From a candidate division CPR2 bacterium GW2011_GWC2_39_10 (lineage in GTDB: Bacteria; Patescibacteriota; CPR2): a stretch of 64,000 nt of DNA. Made by a program: the position numbers and the translations under genes. The stretch spans positions 24 through 64,023 of the forward strand of contig LBVV01000006.1 of NCBI GenBank assembly GCA_000993275.1, written 5' to 3'. Positions 46,888 to 57,173 of this stretch are shown here, piece by piece; position 1 is the stretch's first letter, and each line of letters begins with the position of its first letter. The notes beneath the pieces are model-generated. The model saw only the letters and a list, made by a program, of their open reading frames with translations. It was not told where the DNA came from and searched no databases.

Positions 46888-48828
46888 ATGAAAATAAAGG
46901 GAAATGAAATAAAATATCTGTTGGTCTCCTCCGGCCTGTTGGACGAAGAGACTTTAAAAGAAGCGGAAGCGGAAGCGGAAAATGCCGAAAAACCGCTTGA
47001 CGAAATTTTATTAGAAAAAAAATACATAACGGAACGGGACTTAGTTAGAACCTACGCCAAATATATAAACGTACCCTACATTGACTTAAGAGACAGAATC
47101 GTTCCCAAAAACGTTCTCTTAAAACTTCCCGAAAAACATGCCATTAAGTATCAATCCGTATTCTTTGCGGAGGAAAACGGTATTTTCTTTTTGGGTATGG
47201 CCGATCCGGAAGATTTCCAAGCTGTTCAGTTTATAGAAAAACAATCCGGATTCAGGGTCAAAGTTTTTATGGCTGCACCAAGCGATATCTCTTATATCCT
47301 AGACCAATACAAAGAAGGGTTATCCACCGAAATTGCCAAAGCAGTTGTTGAGTCCGAAGAACAAGTGGAAGAATTTAAGGAAGAAATTGAAGAAGACGTT
47401 ACCACAGATCAGCTCGGAGCAATTGTTAAGGAAGCACCAATTGCCAAAGCTTTAAGCATTTTATTGGAATATGCGGTTAAACAAAGGGCGTCAGATATTC
47501 ACATCGAACCAAGAGAAACCGGTGTCATGGTCCGTTATCGAATTGACGGCGTACTAAGGGAAACCATGACTTTACCTAAAGCTATTCAATCTGCTATTGC
47601 TACCAGAATAAAAATAATTTCCAACCTTAAAATTGACGAGCACCGAGTTCCTCAGGATGGGAGATTTAAAATAAATATCGGCAAAAAAACAATTGCTCTT
47701 CGTGTTTCCACCTTGCCCGTCATATTCGGCGAAAAAATTGTGATGAGGCTACTGGATGAATCATCCAAACCGCTGTCTCTTGAAGAATTAGGATTTAGAG
47801 GCAAAGCCCTAGAAATTATTAAAAGAAATTTATCCAAAACTCACGGCATGGTTTTGGTAACCGGCCCCACCGGTTCAGGCAAATCCACCACACTTTATTC
47901 TATCCTTAATATTTTAAACACGCCGGGAGTCAACATTTCCACCGTTGAGGATCCTATTGAGTACCGTATCCCAGGAGTTAATCAAACCCAGGCCAACGCC
48001 AAAGTGGGCATGACTTTTGCCTTCGGTTTAAGAGCCCTGTTAAGACAGGATCCGGATATCATAATGGTCGGAGAAATTCGTGACACCGAAACGGCCGAAA
48101 TGGCAGTACACGCCGCCCTAACCGGTCATGTGGTTCTGTCTACCCTTCACACCAATAACGCTGCCACCACCCTACCCCGTATGACAGACATGGATATCGA
48201 ATCTTTTCTTATTGCTTCAACCGTTAATACCGTCATTGCTCAAAGATTGGTTAGGGTTTTATGCCAGGAGTGCCGGGAAGCCTACGCTCCCAGCGAAGAA
48301 ATCTTAAATCAAATCCATGAGGGTTTTAACATGACCGAAGAAGAAAAAGCAACCGTTTCCAAAAGCCAAGAGGCCAGAGAACCCCAAGAAGTCCATTCCG
48401 GAGTCAGAAAAATTGGCTCCCCCTCAAGAGAAATTTTAAACAACAGATCAATTTTAGAAGCCATTGCCGAAGACCCAAGCATCTTAAACCGAAAAGCCGA
48501 AGAGCCGAATGATAACGAAGAAAAAAGAATTTCCAAAAAAGAAGAATCGAAAGCGGAAATAAAACCGTCAGCTTTTGGAAAAGTGACGCTTTTTAAACCA
48601 AGAGGATGTTCAAAGTGCGATAACGGCTATAAAGGAAGAATGGGCATTTACGAGGTCTTAGAAATAGATTCAGAAATTGGCGATGCTATCATTGCCAGAA
48701 AATCGGCTGAGGAAATTGAAGCTTTAGGTGTTCAAAAAGGAATGCTAACCATGCAGCAAGATGGATTTTTAAAAGCCCTGGAAGGCACCACTACGTTAGA
48801 AGAAGTTTTAAGAGTAACAAAAGAGTAA
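46888..48828 (+). CDS. pilB: Type IV pilus assembly ATPase PilB (GspE family) with a ~110-aa insertion between the zinc-finger cysteine pairs
   Basis: T2SSE_N domain at the N-terminus; Walker A 'VTGPTGSGKSTTLYS'; Asp box and Walker B; 'CQEC' ... 'CSKCDNGYKGRMGIYE' tetracysteine split by a charged low-complexity insert. Confidence 0.85.
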   Translation: MKIKGNEIKYLLVSSGLLDEETLKEAEAEAENAEKPLDEILLEKKYITERDLVRTYAKYINVPYIDLRDRIVPKNVLLKLPEKHAIKYQSVFFAEENGIFFLGMADPEDFQAVQFIEKQSGFRVKVFMAAPSDISYILDQYKEGLSTEIAKAVVESEEQVEEFKEEIEEDVTTDQLGAIVKEAPIAKALSILLEYAVKQRASDIHIEPRETGVMVRYRIDGVLRETMTLPKAIQSAIATRIKIISNLKIDEHRVPQDGRFKINIGKKTIALRVSTLPVIFGEKIVMRLLDESSKPLSLEELGFRGKALEIIKRNLSKTHGMVLVTGPTGSGKSTTLYSILNILNTPGVNISTVEDPIEYRIPGVNQTQANAKVGMTFAFGLRALLRQDPDIIMVGEIRDTETAEMAVHAALTGHVVLSTLHTNNAATTLPRMTDMDIESFLIASTVNTVIAQRLVRVLCQECREAYAPSEEILNQIHEGFNMTEEEKATVSKSQEAREPQEVHSGVRKIGSPSREILNNRSILEAIAEDPSILNRKAEEPNDNEEKRISKKEESKAEIKPSAFGKVTLFKPRGCSKCDNGYKGRMGIYEVLEIDSEIGDAIIARKSAEEIEALGVQKGMLTMQQDGFLKALEGTTTLEEVLRVTKE

Positions 48829-48832
48829 TTAA

Positions 48833-50032
48833 ATGAGCACTTTTACCTATCTTGCAAAAGAAAAAACCGGCAGTATCAGTAAGGGCTCCCTTGAAGCCCT
48901 AAACAGAAAAGAAGCAATTTCACTTCTTTCCGAAAAAGGCCTCACCCCTATTAGGATTGAATCTCAAAAACAATTTGGCAATTTTAAATCCACTACTAAA
49001 ATTTCCAACAAAAAGAAAGTAAACATGGTGCGGCAACTGTCTACTCTTATTAACGCCGGAGTTCCATTAGCTCAAGCCTTCGCCGTTTTGGGCAGACAAG
49101 CCAAAGATGCGAGCTTAAAAATAATTGTAAATGCCATTCAAAAAGACTTGGAAGGCGGGCTTTCCCTATCAAACGGTTTGTCTAAACATCCCAAGGTTTT
49201 TTCCGAAGTTTTCATTAATATGATAAAAGCCGGCGAAGCCGGCGGTTCGTTAGACCAAACACTTGACAGGCTAGCAACCCAAATGGAAAAAGACCGGGAA
49301 ATTGTCTCTAAAGTCAGAGGCGCCCTTATGTATCCGGCCGTTATTACAGTAGCTATGATTGGCGTTGTTATTTTCCTCATGGTCAAAATTGTTCCTCAAA
49401 TTTCCAGCATCTTTGCCGACATGGGTTCAGATTTGCCAATTAACACCAAAATACTAATTGTCATTTCTAACGCATTCAGCCAATTTTTTGTGGGATTTAT
49501 TGTGGGTGCCGCTATCTTAATTTACGCTTATATTTGGTCTTATAGACATTATGAAAAAATGCGTTTTTTTGTCGGCAAAACTTTAACCCGAATACCCATG
49601 ATTAAAGAAATAGTTTTAAAGGTCAACATTTCCCGCATGACCAGAACACTGGCCTCTCTTTTATCGTCAGGCATTCCGGTTATTGAGGCAATAGACATCG
49701 TTGCCAACTCTCTTTCAAACCAATATTTTAAAAATAAAATTGGCGAGTCCAAACAATTTATCAAAAACGGTCAAAATCTGTCGGTCAGTTTGGAAAAAAC
49801 CGGAGCTTTGCCGGAAGACGTTAAAGAAATGATTGCCATCGGCGAAGAAACCGGCAATCTTGAAGATATTTTATTTAAAATTGCCGAAGTTAACGAAAAA
49901 GAACTTTACACTTTGGTTGACGGCTTGTCATCCGTAATTGAACCTATACTAATGCTGGTTTTGGGCGGTATCGTCGGCTTTATCGTCATTTCCATGCTTC
50001 AGCCGATATACTCGTTAGGAGATTCCATCTAA
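48833..50032 (+). CDS. pilC: Type IV pilus assembly platform protein PilC (GspF family), copy B
   Basis: Two T2SSF domains; 399 aa; collinear with copy A. Confidence 0.85.
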   Translation: MSTFTYLAKEKTGSISKGSLEALNRKEAISLLSEKGLTPIRIESQKQFGNFKSTTKISNKKKVNMVRQLSTLINAGVPLAQAFAVLGRQAKDASLKIIVNAIQKDLEGGLSLSNGLSKHPKVFSEVFINMIKAGEAGGSLDQTLDRLATQMEKDREIVSKVRGALMYPAVITVAMIGVVIFLMVKIVPQISSIFADMGSDLPINTKILIVISNAFSQFFVGFIVGAAILIYAYIWSYRHYEKMRFFVGKTLTRIPMIKEIVLKVNISRMTRTLASLLSSGIPVIEAIDIVANSLSNQYFKNKIGESKQFIKNGQNLSVSLEKTGALPEDVKEMIAIGEETGNLEDILFKIAEVNEKELYTLVDGLSSVIEPILMLVLGGIVGFIVISMLQPIYSLGDSI

Positions 50033-50430
50033 TGAAAAAGGGAGTTGTAAAAAATAATAGATTTAGTGAAATTTTACTTTTTTCAGTTTTTATTGTAATA
50101 ATTGGACTCGTTATTGTTGCTGCTATTATGCGGCATAATTTTCAAAGTAAAAATGACATGAAGAAAATTGAGGAGCTAACCAAAATTCAAAACGCCCTAG
50201 AAAATTATTTTGATAACGAGAATGCGTATCCTGCCAGTTTAAGCTTGCTTGCTCCAAAATATATTGCCGCTATCCCGCCTAAAATAAATGATGACGACTG
50301 GATTTATTCGTCCATGTACAAAAACCAAAGCTACATCTTAAAAATTAATATGCAAGTTCTAACAGAACAAGAACCGAATATAATAAAAGAAGAGGATAAG
50401 CCGTATTATGTCCTATACGCCAAAAAATAA
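50032..50430 (+). CDS. Pseudopilin-like protein (GspG-like C-region, degenerate prepilin motif)
   Basis: N-terminal TM 'ILLFSVFIVIIGLVIVAAIM' and 'IQNALENYFDNENAYPASLSLLAPKYIAAIP' typical of GspG-type pseudopilins; no clean G-F/TLIE motif. Confidence 0.4.
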   Translation: MKKGVVKNNRFSEILLFSVFIVIIGLVIVAAIMRHNFQSKNDMKKIEELTKIQNALENYFDNENAYPASLSLLAPKYIAAIPPKINDDDWIYSSMYKNQSYILKINMQVLTEQEPNIIKEEDKPYYVLYAKK

Positions 50431-50827
50431 GTCCAGTGCAGGAATGACTTTAATTGAAGTACTAATTTCTTTAACCATAACCTGTCTTCTTGCATTGGCA
50501 GTTCTGCCCTTATATTCCAAAGCTACATACATTAATAGGCTTTCTAACAAAAAAAATATTGCCGTTAACGCCGCCTTGTCTAAAATCGAAGAATTAAGAG
50601 CCGCCCCTTTTGCCAACCTTGAAGATTCCAATTTTTCCGTATCCGAAATAAATGGCTCCGGAGTAGTGGATATTAGCGACAAAGATTGGGACGGCAGCGG
50701 CACTATTAGCGACGCGGAAAGAGATTTAAAGAACATAAAAGTTACAGTAAGCTGGTCTGACGAAGGGATAAGTAAAGAAATTTCAATCCCGACAATAATT
50801 GCAAAAAGTGGAGTAAACAAGCAATGA
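50408..50827 (+). CDS. Pseudopilin / minor pilin (prepilin-type N-terminal cleavage/methylation domain)
   Basis: 'SSAGMTLIEVLISLTITCLLALAVL'. Confidence 0.65.
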   Translation: MSYTPKNKSSAGMTLIEVLISLTITCLLALAVLPLYSKATYINRLSNKKNIAVNAALSKIEELRAAPFANLEDSNFSVSEINGSGVVDISDKDWDGSGTISDAERDLKNIKVTVSWSDEGISKEISIPTIIAKSGVNKQ

Positions 50828-51405
50828 CATTAAAAAACCGCGGCTTTACATTAGTTGAATTACTTATAACACTGGCTATTATGAGCGTAATTGTTTTAAC
50901 TGTCAGTTCAATTTATATTAAAGTGGCCAAAATTAACAGAGAACAAGCTGAGCTACAAAGCTTACGCACATCTTGCAGGCTCCATACAAAGGAAATAAAT
51001 ACTTTAATACTGCAAGGTTTTCAGATAGAACAAGGACCGATCGTCATTAACGAAGTCAGCCATTCGTCTTCCTCTTCAAAAATTATAATTAGTTTAATTT
51101 CTTTGGATGCAAGCAATAATTACCGCTATCAGGTGGGGGACGTGCCTTATTTGGATTATGCAATTTACTGGACAAGCGGCGGGGATTTATACGAACAAAT
51201 TTATGCCGCTAATTCAGATCAAACCAAAAGAAAGACGGTTGCCGCCCATAAAATTGACAGCGGCGCCTCACTTGCCTTTACCTACACTCCAAGTTTAGCA
51301 TCAGCCAAATCCGTTACAACCAATCTCACTCTTTCAAGAGATATTCCGGGAAAAACATTATCGTCAAATTATGAACTAACGGCCATTATGAGGAATAAAG
51401 AATGA
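50824..51405 (+). CDS. Pseudopilin / minor pilin (prepilin-type N-terminal cleavage/methylation domain)
   Basis: 'NRGFTLVELLITLAIMSVIVLTV'. Confidence 0.65.
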   Translation: MTLKNRGFTLVELLITLAIMSVIVLTVSSIYIKVAKINREQAELQSLRTSCRLHTKEINTLILQGFQIEQGPIVINEVSHSSSSSKIIISLISLDASNNYRYQVGDVPYLDYAIYWTSGGDLYEQIYAANSDQTKRKTVAAHKIDSGASLAFTYTPSLASAKSVTTNLTLSRDIPGKTLSSNYELTAIMRNKE

Positions 51406-52568
51406 AAAATAAACGGGGCGCAATACTAATTTTGGTATTAATATTTTTAATCGTCTCCATTTCCATAGGTGTTTCTCTTACCTCACTGGTAATAAGGGGG
51501 CTTAAATCTACCCAGCAAACCTTCGACCAGCATTTGGCATATGAAGCCGCCGAAGCCGGCATAGAAAGAGCTATGTGGAATATAAATAATGGCGATAATG
51601 ACGATGTTACTCTTCAAAAAGTGGATGATGCAATAAATAGTGAATATGAAGTTACCGTAGATGACAGCGTTGCCAATACGAGAATACTTACTGCAATCGG
51701 ATACTCGCCGTCTAAAACAGCAACCAACAAGAAAACAAAAAGTATAAAAGTGACTGCCGTAACCGGAGGCGTAGGTATTGCCTTTAGATACGCCGTCCAA
51801 GTTGGCGCCAATGGAATTTCCATGGCTAATAACGCTGTTATTAACGGCAATGCCGTAACCGACGGCGACATAACCGGCAGTAACGGCTCAAAAATTATCG
51901 GGAGCGCCTGGGCTCACGGCACTATTCCTCCCAACCCAAGTCCCCCCGTAGTCACCCCTGTTCCGCCAAACGTAAAGTTGTCAAATCAGTCTTCAATTGC
52001 CCTGCCCGACGTTAATGTTTCCCATTGGAAAGAGGAAGCGGAAAGTGCCGGTGCTCCTTGTCCGTATTCGGGCCTAACTATTAGCACGCCAAGAAGTTTA
52101 GGCCCTTGTAAAATAAATGGAAATTTGATCGTTAACGCCGAACTAACTCTTACCGGTCCGTTATGGGTTACCGGTAATCTATCCACCGCAACAGATGGTG
52201 TCCATTTTAAACTGGATCCCGGTTTTGGTTCTGCCGGAACTGTCATTGTTGTCGATGGCACCATAACTTTAGGGAACAATGTTGTAGTAGAAGCCACCAG
52301 CTCCAGTCCTAAGGGCTATATCCTATTTTATACTGAAAGCAGTTCTTCCTCGGCCATTTTACTTGATAATAATGTAACCGGCGGCGTTTATTATACGGCA
52401 AATGGGATTATGACCGTAAATAATAATGTTCATCCCGTTTCGGTTGTTTGCAAAGGGCTATCCCTTTTAAACAACGCCCGGATAGATTACGACCAGGGCC
52501 TAGCCAGCGCCGAATTCCAAAGCGGCCCCTCGGGAGGTTGGGTAGTAAAAAGCTGGCAACTACTCTGA
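51402..52568 (+). CDS. PilX-like minor pilin with C-terminal beta-helix-like domain
   Basis: 'RGAILILVLIFLIVSISIGVSL' TM + 'DQHLAYEAAEAGIERAMWNIN' (PilX_N); Gly/Asn/Thr-rich repeats 'NAVINGNAVTDGDITGSNGSKIIGSAWAHG'. Confidence 0.6.
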   Translation: MKNKRGAILILVLIFLIVSISIGVSLTSLVIRGLKSTQQTFDQHLAYEAAEAGIERAMWNINNGDNDDVTLQKVDDAINSEYEVTVDDSVANTRILTAIGYSPSKTATNKKTKSIKVTAVTGGVGIAFRYAVQVGANGISMANNAVINGNAVTDGDITGSNGSKIIGSAWAHGTIPPNPSPPVVTPVPPNVKLSNQSSIALPDVNVSHWKEEAESAGAPCPYSGLTISTPRSLGPCKINGNLIVNAELTLTGPLWVTGNLSTATDGVHFKLDPGFGSAGTVIVVDGTITLGNNVVVEATSSSPKGYILFYTESSSSSAILLDNNVTGGVYYTANGIMTVNNNVHPVSVVCKGLSLLNNARIDYDQGLASAEFQSGPSGGWVVKSWQLL

Positions 52569-52680
52569 ATAATAAACAATTAGCAAATAGCAATAAACAA
52601 CTAAAAAAATTCTTAGAATTAAGAATAATGAATTATGAATAAAGTATGGGAATGAAGAATAAGGAATAAAGAAAAGAAAA

Positions 52681-52735
52681 CTATATTCTAAATTCTATAT
52701 TCCCATTCTTGGGGCTTTATACTATATTCTTTATT
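52681..52735 (-). repeat. Partial inverted copy of the hup-flanking AT-rich repeat
   Basis: Reverse complement matches 39905-39955 (AAAGAATATAGTATAAAGCCCCAAGAATGGGAATATAGAAT). Confidence 0.6.
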
Positions 52736-52791
52736 AATTTTTACTGTTCATTGTTTATTAGGCTTGTCCGTTTATTGTTTTTTGTTTATTA

Positions 52792-53883
52792 TTGATACAG
52801 GAGGGTATTTCTATAAAAGTTGATCTATTTTATAAAGAACATAAACCAACCCTCGGGCTTGACATTGGCGCAACCTCTATTAAAGTTGTTCAACTTAAAA
52901 AATCCGGCCGCAATACAAAACTGGTTGGTTATGGCAATATAGGACTTCCCGGCGGATGTATATCCGAAGGCATTATTTATGATCCGGAAACCGTCGCTAA
53001 ATATATTAAAAAGCTGCTGGAAGAACCTAAATACGGAAAATTTAAAGCGAAAAGAGTCAATTCCGCAATTCCCGAATCCTATATCTTTACCCGAGTGCTG
53101 GAATTACCGGAAATGACCTACGACGACATGGAGCAGGCCATTATTTGGGACGCTGAGCAATATATCCCAATTGCTTTGTCCGATCTATATATAGATTTCG
53201 AAGTTTTGGGTCCGGCCTTAAGCGCCAAGGAAGGCTACAACGATGTTGCTTTAGTTGCCGCTCCAAAAGCAATCGTCGATTCTTACATGAAAATGTTTGA
53301 TCTCTTAAGCCTCGAGGTAGGCATATTAGAAACCAATCTTTCGTCAATCGCCAGAGCGGTTATATCTCAAAAAGAAATTAATGAAACCATAGTTCTTGCC
53401 GATATTGGCGGAGAAAGAACCAATATGGCAATTTTTGACAGAGCCATTAGGGTAACCGGAAGCTTGCCTAGAGGCGGTGTTGATTTCACCAGGGCAATTG
53501 CCGAAAAATGTAAAATCAATATATTGGAAGCGGAAGAAACAAAAAACCAAGATGGTTTGCCGGCAAAGGGCGGTAAAGCCAAAGAAGCAATGGAACCAAT
53601 TTTATTGGAAATTGTCAGAGATATTAAAAAAATAATTGCTTATTACGAAGAAAAAAGCGGCGGCAATAAAAAAAATCTTGTCTCTAAGTTAATTATTTGC
53701 GGCGGAAACGCCTCTGTTCCGGGGCTAACGGAATATTTGGAAAAGGCAATTAACCTAAAAACCTTAATGGGTAATCCTTGGGCCAATATTTCTATCTATC
53801 CCTTAAAACCGGTACCAAAACTCGAAGCTCCCATGTATACGGCAGCCATTGGCCTTGCCCTAAAAGGAAATATCTATGCTTGA
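52792..53883 (+). CDS. pilM: PilM (actin-like ATPase-fold pilus assembly protein), copy B
   Basis: 'LGLDIGATSIKVVQL' and 'ICGGNASVPGL' phosphate motifs. Confidence 0.75.
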   Translation: MIQEGISIKVDLFYKEHKPTLGLDIGATSIKVVQLKKSGRNTKLVGYGNIGLPGGCISEGIIYDPETVAKYIKKLLEEPKYGKFKAKRVNSAIPESYIFTRVLELPEMTYDDMEQAIIWDAEQYIPIALSDLYIDFEVLGPALSAKEGYNDVALVAAPKAIVDSYMKMFDLLSLEVGILETNLSSIARAVISQKEINETIVLADIGGERTNMAIFDRAIRVTGSLPRGGVDFTRAIAEKCKINILEAEETKNQDGLPAKGGKAKEAMEPILLEIVRDIKKIIAYYEEKSGGNKKNLVSKLIICGGNASVPGLTEYLEKAINLKTLMGNPWANISIYPLKPVPKLEAPMYTAAIGLALKGNIYA

Positions 53884-54472
53884 TATAAATCTTATTCCCA
53901 CAGACTATAAAAAACAAATTATTTTTGCCAGGGACAACCGGCAAAAAGTAAAAATGCTGAATTTAAGTTTACTGCTCCTAGTTTTAAGCGCCGGCCTATA
54001 CTTATCCGGCAATAATTACTTTGATATTAAAACAGAAGAAAAAACCATTGAAATCGCTAAAATTGATCCGTCAATCAACAAATTAAAACCGATAGAAAAA
54101 AAATATAAAGCGCTAAATTCTCGCGTTGAAGTTCTAAAAACAATTGTTAAGAGTCATCTTTATTGGACAGAAATTAGAGATGAAATAATTAGCGTTTTAC
54201 CTGAAAATACCGTAGTTCAAGGATTAATTCTTAACTCCGATCCCAAAAAGGGGCAACAGATAACCGGTAAGTCCAAAGACTTGGAAACCATTGCTAAGTA
54301 TAGAAACAATTTGGAAAACTTGCCCTCGGTAAAAGACGTCAAAATAAATAGCGCCAAGCTAAGCGAAAACCTAGATTCCACCGATACTTCCGGTGGCCAA
54401 GCGTATGATTATAAACTTTCCTTTACACTTGACGGAGCGGCCTTTAATAGCACAGGCGGAGAACAAAAATGA
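53876..54472 (+). CDS. pilN: PilN-like pilus assembly protein, copy B
   Basis: Short cytoplasmic N-terminus, TM 'LNLSLLLLVLSAGLYLSG', coiled coil; follows pilM. Confidence 0.5.
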   Translation: MLDINLIPTDYKKQIIFARDNRQKVKMLNLSLLLLVLSAGLYLSGNNYFDIKTEEKTIEIAKIDPSINKLKPIEKKYKALNSRVEVLKTIVKSHLYWTEIRDEIISVLPENTVVQGLILNSDPKKGQQITGKSKDLETIAKYRNNLENLPSVKDVKINSAKLSENLDSTDTSGGQAYDYKLSFTLDGAAFNSTGGEQK

Positions 54473-55026
54473 ATGCCGGAAAATTAAACAATTTGCTAAA
54501 ATATCTCATTTACGGCAGTTTGGCGCTAGCCTTAGGCATTACCCTTTTTTCCGGTTACCTGTTTTACCTGAAAGGAAATGAATACTTCGACTTGCAATTG
54601 GATCTTAAGGACAAACAAAACCAAAAAGAATATCTGGAAGCAGTTGAGAAAGTATATAGCGAGGACTCAAAAAGCGAAAGTAAAATTCTGGAAGCCTTGC
54701 CAACATCTAAAGCGGTATCCGACTTTTTAACTAGCATTGCTTCTTATGCAACAAGCGTTGGTGCGACTATTGAAAATATCGAATTCCCGGAAAGCTCAAG
54801 TAAGACCGACAAAATTACTAATTTTCAAACGAAAATGAAAATGAATGCCGAAAGCGTTGACCCGATTATTAAAGTTTTAGGAATGCTTGAATATAATAGG
54901 CGCCTAGTTGATATTATAGACATTAGTATCGCTTACGACAAAACCCAAGAAACTGCACCATATTCGGCCAATATAACATTAAAGGCATATTACAAAAGCG
55001 ACGTAACAAATGAAACTAAAAAATAA
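54469..55026 (+). CDS. pilO: PilO-like pilus assembly protein, copy B
   Basis: TM 'LIYGSLALALGITLFSGYLFYL' + coiled coil + C-terminal domain; position after pilN. Confidence 0.45.
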   Translation: MNAGKLNNLLKYLIYGSLALALGITLFSGYLFYLKGNEYFDLQLDLKDKQNQKEYLEAVEKVYSEDSKSESKILEALPTSKAVSDFLTSIASYATSVGATIENIEFPESSSKTDKITNFQTKMKMNAESVDPIIKVLGMLEYNRRLVDIIDISIAYDKTQETAPYSANITLKAYYKSDVTNETKK

Positions 55027-55204
55027 CAAATTTCAATTTCAACCGATCAAATTTTTTTCTACCGCAATTTTAGCATTATTGTTTTTAGTTTTCTTGGAAT
55101 TAGTTTATTTAGGTTTTTTCTATAAACCGGCCGATCTGGAGAAAAAAGCTGACCCGAAAAGCAATAAGGAATTTTTAGAAACTCTGGAAAAATTTAATTA
55201 CTAA
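55010..55204 (+). CDS. Hypothetical small membrane-anchored protein (PilP-like position)
   Basis: N-terminal TM; follows pilO, as 36713-36985 does in locus A. Confidence 0.25.
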   Translation: MKLKNNKFQFQPIKFFSTAILALLFLVFLELVYLGFFYKPADLEKKADPKSNKEFLETLEKFNY

Positions 55205-57173
55205 GGGTTTTTATTTTATAATATATTCTTATGATTTGTCTAATCCCAACCGCTGACCAAAGCTGAAGTTTGCTCATCTGGGCCTCAATCCCCTCTTGAG
55301 TATCGTAAAAAGCCGGACGATCCAAGTCTTTATTATAATAATATAATTCCGGCATCCCTTTTAAAATTGCAACAGCCGAAAAAATGTTCTCGGAGGTTAC
55401 CACAATTGCTTTTTTTATTATTTTTAAGTTTTTCTCTTCCCAGTTTTCGCTTATCCCCTTTTCGTACATTCTGTAAAGACCCATAACCGCAAAGGCGACT
55501 TGTTTTATCCAAATAACCTCGCCATGATATTCTTTGGTGGAATAACCGCTCCTATGATCAACCAACGTCGGACCGGCGGGAGTATAAAAATATTTCTTAG
55601 AAATCATTTTCTTTGCAAAATCAACCGCTTTTTTTTCGTTCCCATCCAGATAAACAAAATAAAAAGATTCATCCAAGTGATTAACCTTAAGTTGCTTGTA
55701 ATTTAAATATTCTCCTTTGTCTTGAACATTAAAAATTGCAAGGGCCAAGCCATCCATTTTGTCTTTATTTTCAAATTTAAAGCGCCTATAGTTGCCCTCC
55801 CATTTGGCAATTAACTCATCTATATCGGGAATTTTTAAATTTAAATCTTCCTTATGTTTACTAAGAAGTTTGAGTGCAGCCGGCATATAAACAACGTTAA
55901 CATCAAACGGAGCAATTGGCGCAGTAGCGCCTGAATAGGCAGAAGCCGAATCCCGCCAATTCCCTGCTTGCCAAAATTCATCTTCTAAAAAAAGCTTCTC
56001 TTTTTCGGTTTTCTTTTTAAAAGTGATGACTTTTTTATTCCTGGCCTCCCTTAAGACATAATTTGCAACTTGACAGAGTTTATCTTTGTTTTCCTCAATA
56101 AATTCCTCTGAAACCGCGCGAAGTCCTAAAATATACCTTGGCTCGATATCAATCATGTGGCGCGTAATGTTTTTTGCATTAGCCTGAAGTGTCTCGTGCA
56201 AATACTCGCCAATAACATCCTCATGCCAACCCTTTCCTTTTTTTGTTACAAACTTTAATGCTTGTTTGTACATATAATCTATAATTTCTTGCGGCAAGTC
56301 CCCTTCCCCTAAATCCGCCGCCTCCATCCAGTCCCTGGGAAAAATCGTTCCATATTCAAAGCCGCTTGTTTTATCATAAGTAATAAGATGCTCGACTTCC
56401 TTTTCGGATCTGTCTAAAATATTTCTAATAAGCTGCCTTCGTCCCTCAAATATCCCTAAGTCTGTAATTGCCGCCGGCATTATCTTATCCACGCGCCTTC
56501 GCGTAAGTCTATCGGATTCCGCAATTATTTTTAGAGAAACCATATTATTTTCTGAATCATTAAGAATAAAGCCGCGCCGTTTTTCGTCCCTTTTAAAACT
56601 CATACTTTTTTGAAATAATAAGGCAACGCCATACCAATGATTTCCGTAACGGCGACGATAAAAAATTTTGCGGTCATCTCCTATTTCTTCCGCAAATATA
56701 TAATTCGGCTCTAAATCCGGATATAAATTTACAATCTCTTTATAGTTCTTTCTTTTTTCGTAAGATTCTTCCGTAAGCTTGCGAACGCGGCGAATATTTC
56801 TTACAACAGGATCATGAAACAAAAAATTATTTTTTAAAATATTTATTTCTACGTTTAAGCGGCCTCTTTTTAAGGACACCGATTTTATCTCGAGGTCTTT
56901 TTTATAAAGATCAACTAAGCCCAAAAAAAGATGATTACCGGGGCCGACAATTCTGAGTTGTTCAAATGAGTCAAAATCCATATAGTAAGGACCTTCAATC
57001 CAAAAATTAGATGCTTCCTGTCCCACCATTCCCCCTTTCCTGTTGTAAATTAATTTTTGACTCAAATTTTTCGATATATGAAAATGAACAACCGCAAAAT
57101 TTTTGGAGATAAAGGCCGGAATGAAAAGCCATTTCCCTACCCTCTTTAAAACCCTCTCTAAAATCCGAATCAT
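55194..57173 (-). CDS. Hypothetical large protein (possible (alpha/alpha)6 glycoside-hydrolase-like fold); true start probably the Met at ~57029
   Basis: ORF only; weak resemblance of the C-terminal part to six-hairpin glycosidases; the annotated 5' end overlaps queH by 167 nt. Confidence 0.3.
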   Translation of the reverse strand: MIRILERVLKRVGKWLFIPAFISKNFAVVHFHISKNLSQKLIYNRKGGMVGQEASNFWIEGPYYMDFDSFEQLRIVGPGNHLFLGLVDLYKKDLEIKSVSLKRGRLNVEINILKNNFLFHDPVVRNIRRVRKLTEESYEKRKNYKEIVNLYPDLEPNYIFAEEIGDDRKIFYRRRYGNHWYGVALLFQKSMSFKRDEKRRGFILNDSENNMVSLKIIAESDRLTRRRVDKIMPAAITDLGIFEGRRQLIRNILDRSEKEVEHLITYDKTSGFEYGTIFPRDWMEAADLGEGDLPQEIIDYMYKQALKFVTKKGKGWHEDVIGEYLHETLQANAKNITRHMIDIEPRYILGLRAVSEEFIEENKDKLCQVANYVLREARNKKVITFKKKTEKEKLFLEDEFWQAGNWRDSASAYSGATAPIAPFDVNVVYMPAALKLLSKHKEDLNLKIPDIDELIAKWEGNYRRFKFENKDKMDGLALAIFNVQDKGEYLNYKQLKVNHLDESFYFVYLDGNEKKAVDFAKKMISKKYFYTPAGPTLVDHRSGYSTKEYHGEVIWIKQVAFAVMGLYRMYEKGISENWEEKNLKIIKKAIVVTSENIFSAVAILKGMPELYYYNKDLDRPAFYDTQEGIEAQMSKLQLWSAVGIRQIIRIYYKIKTLSN

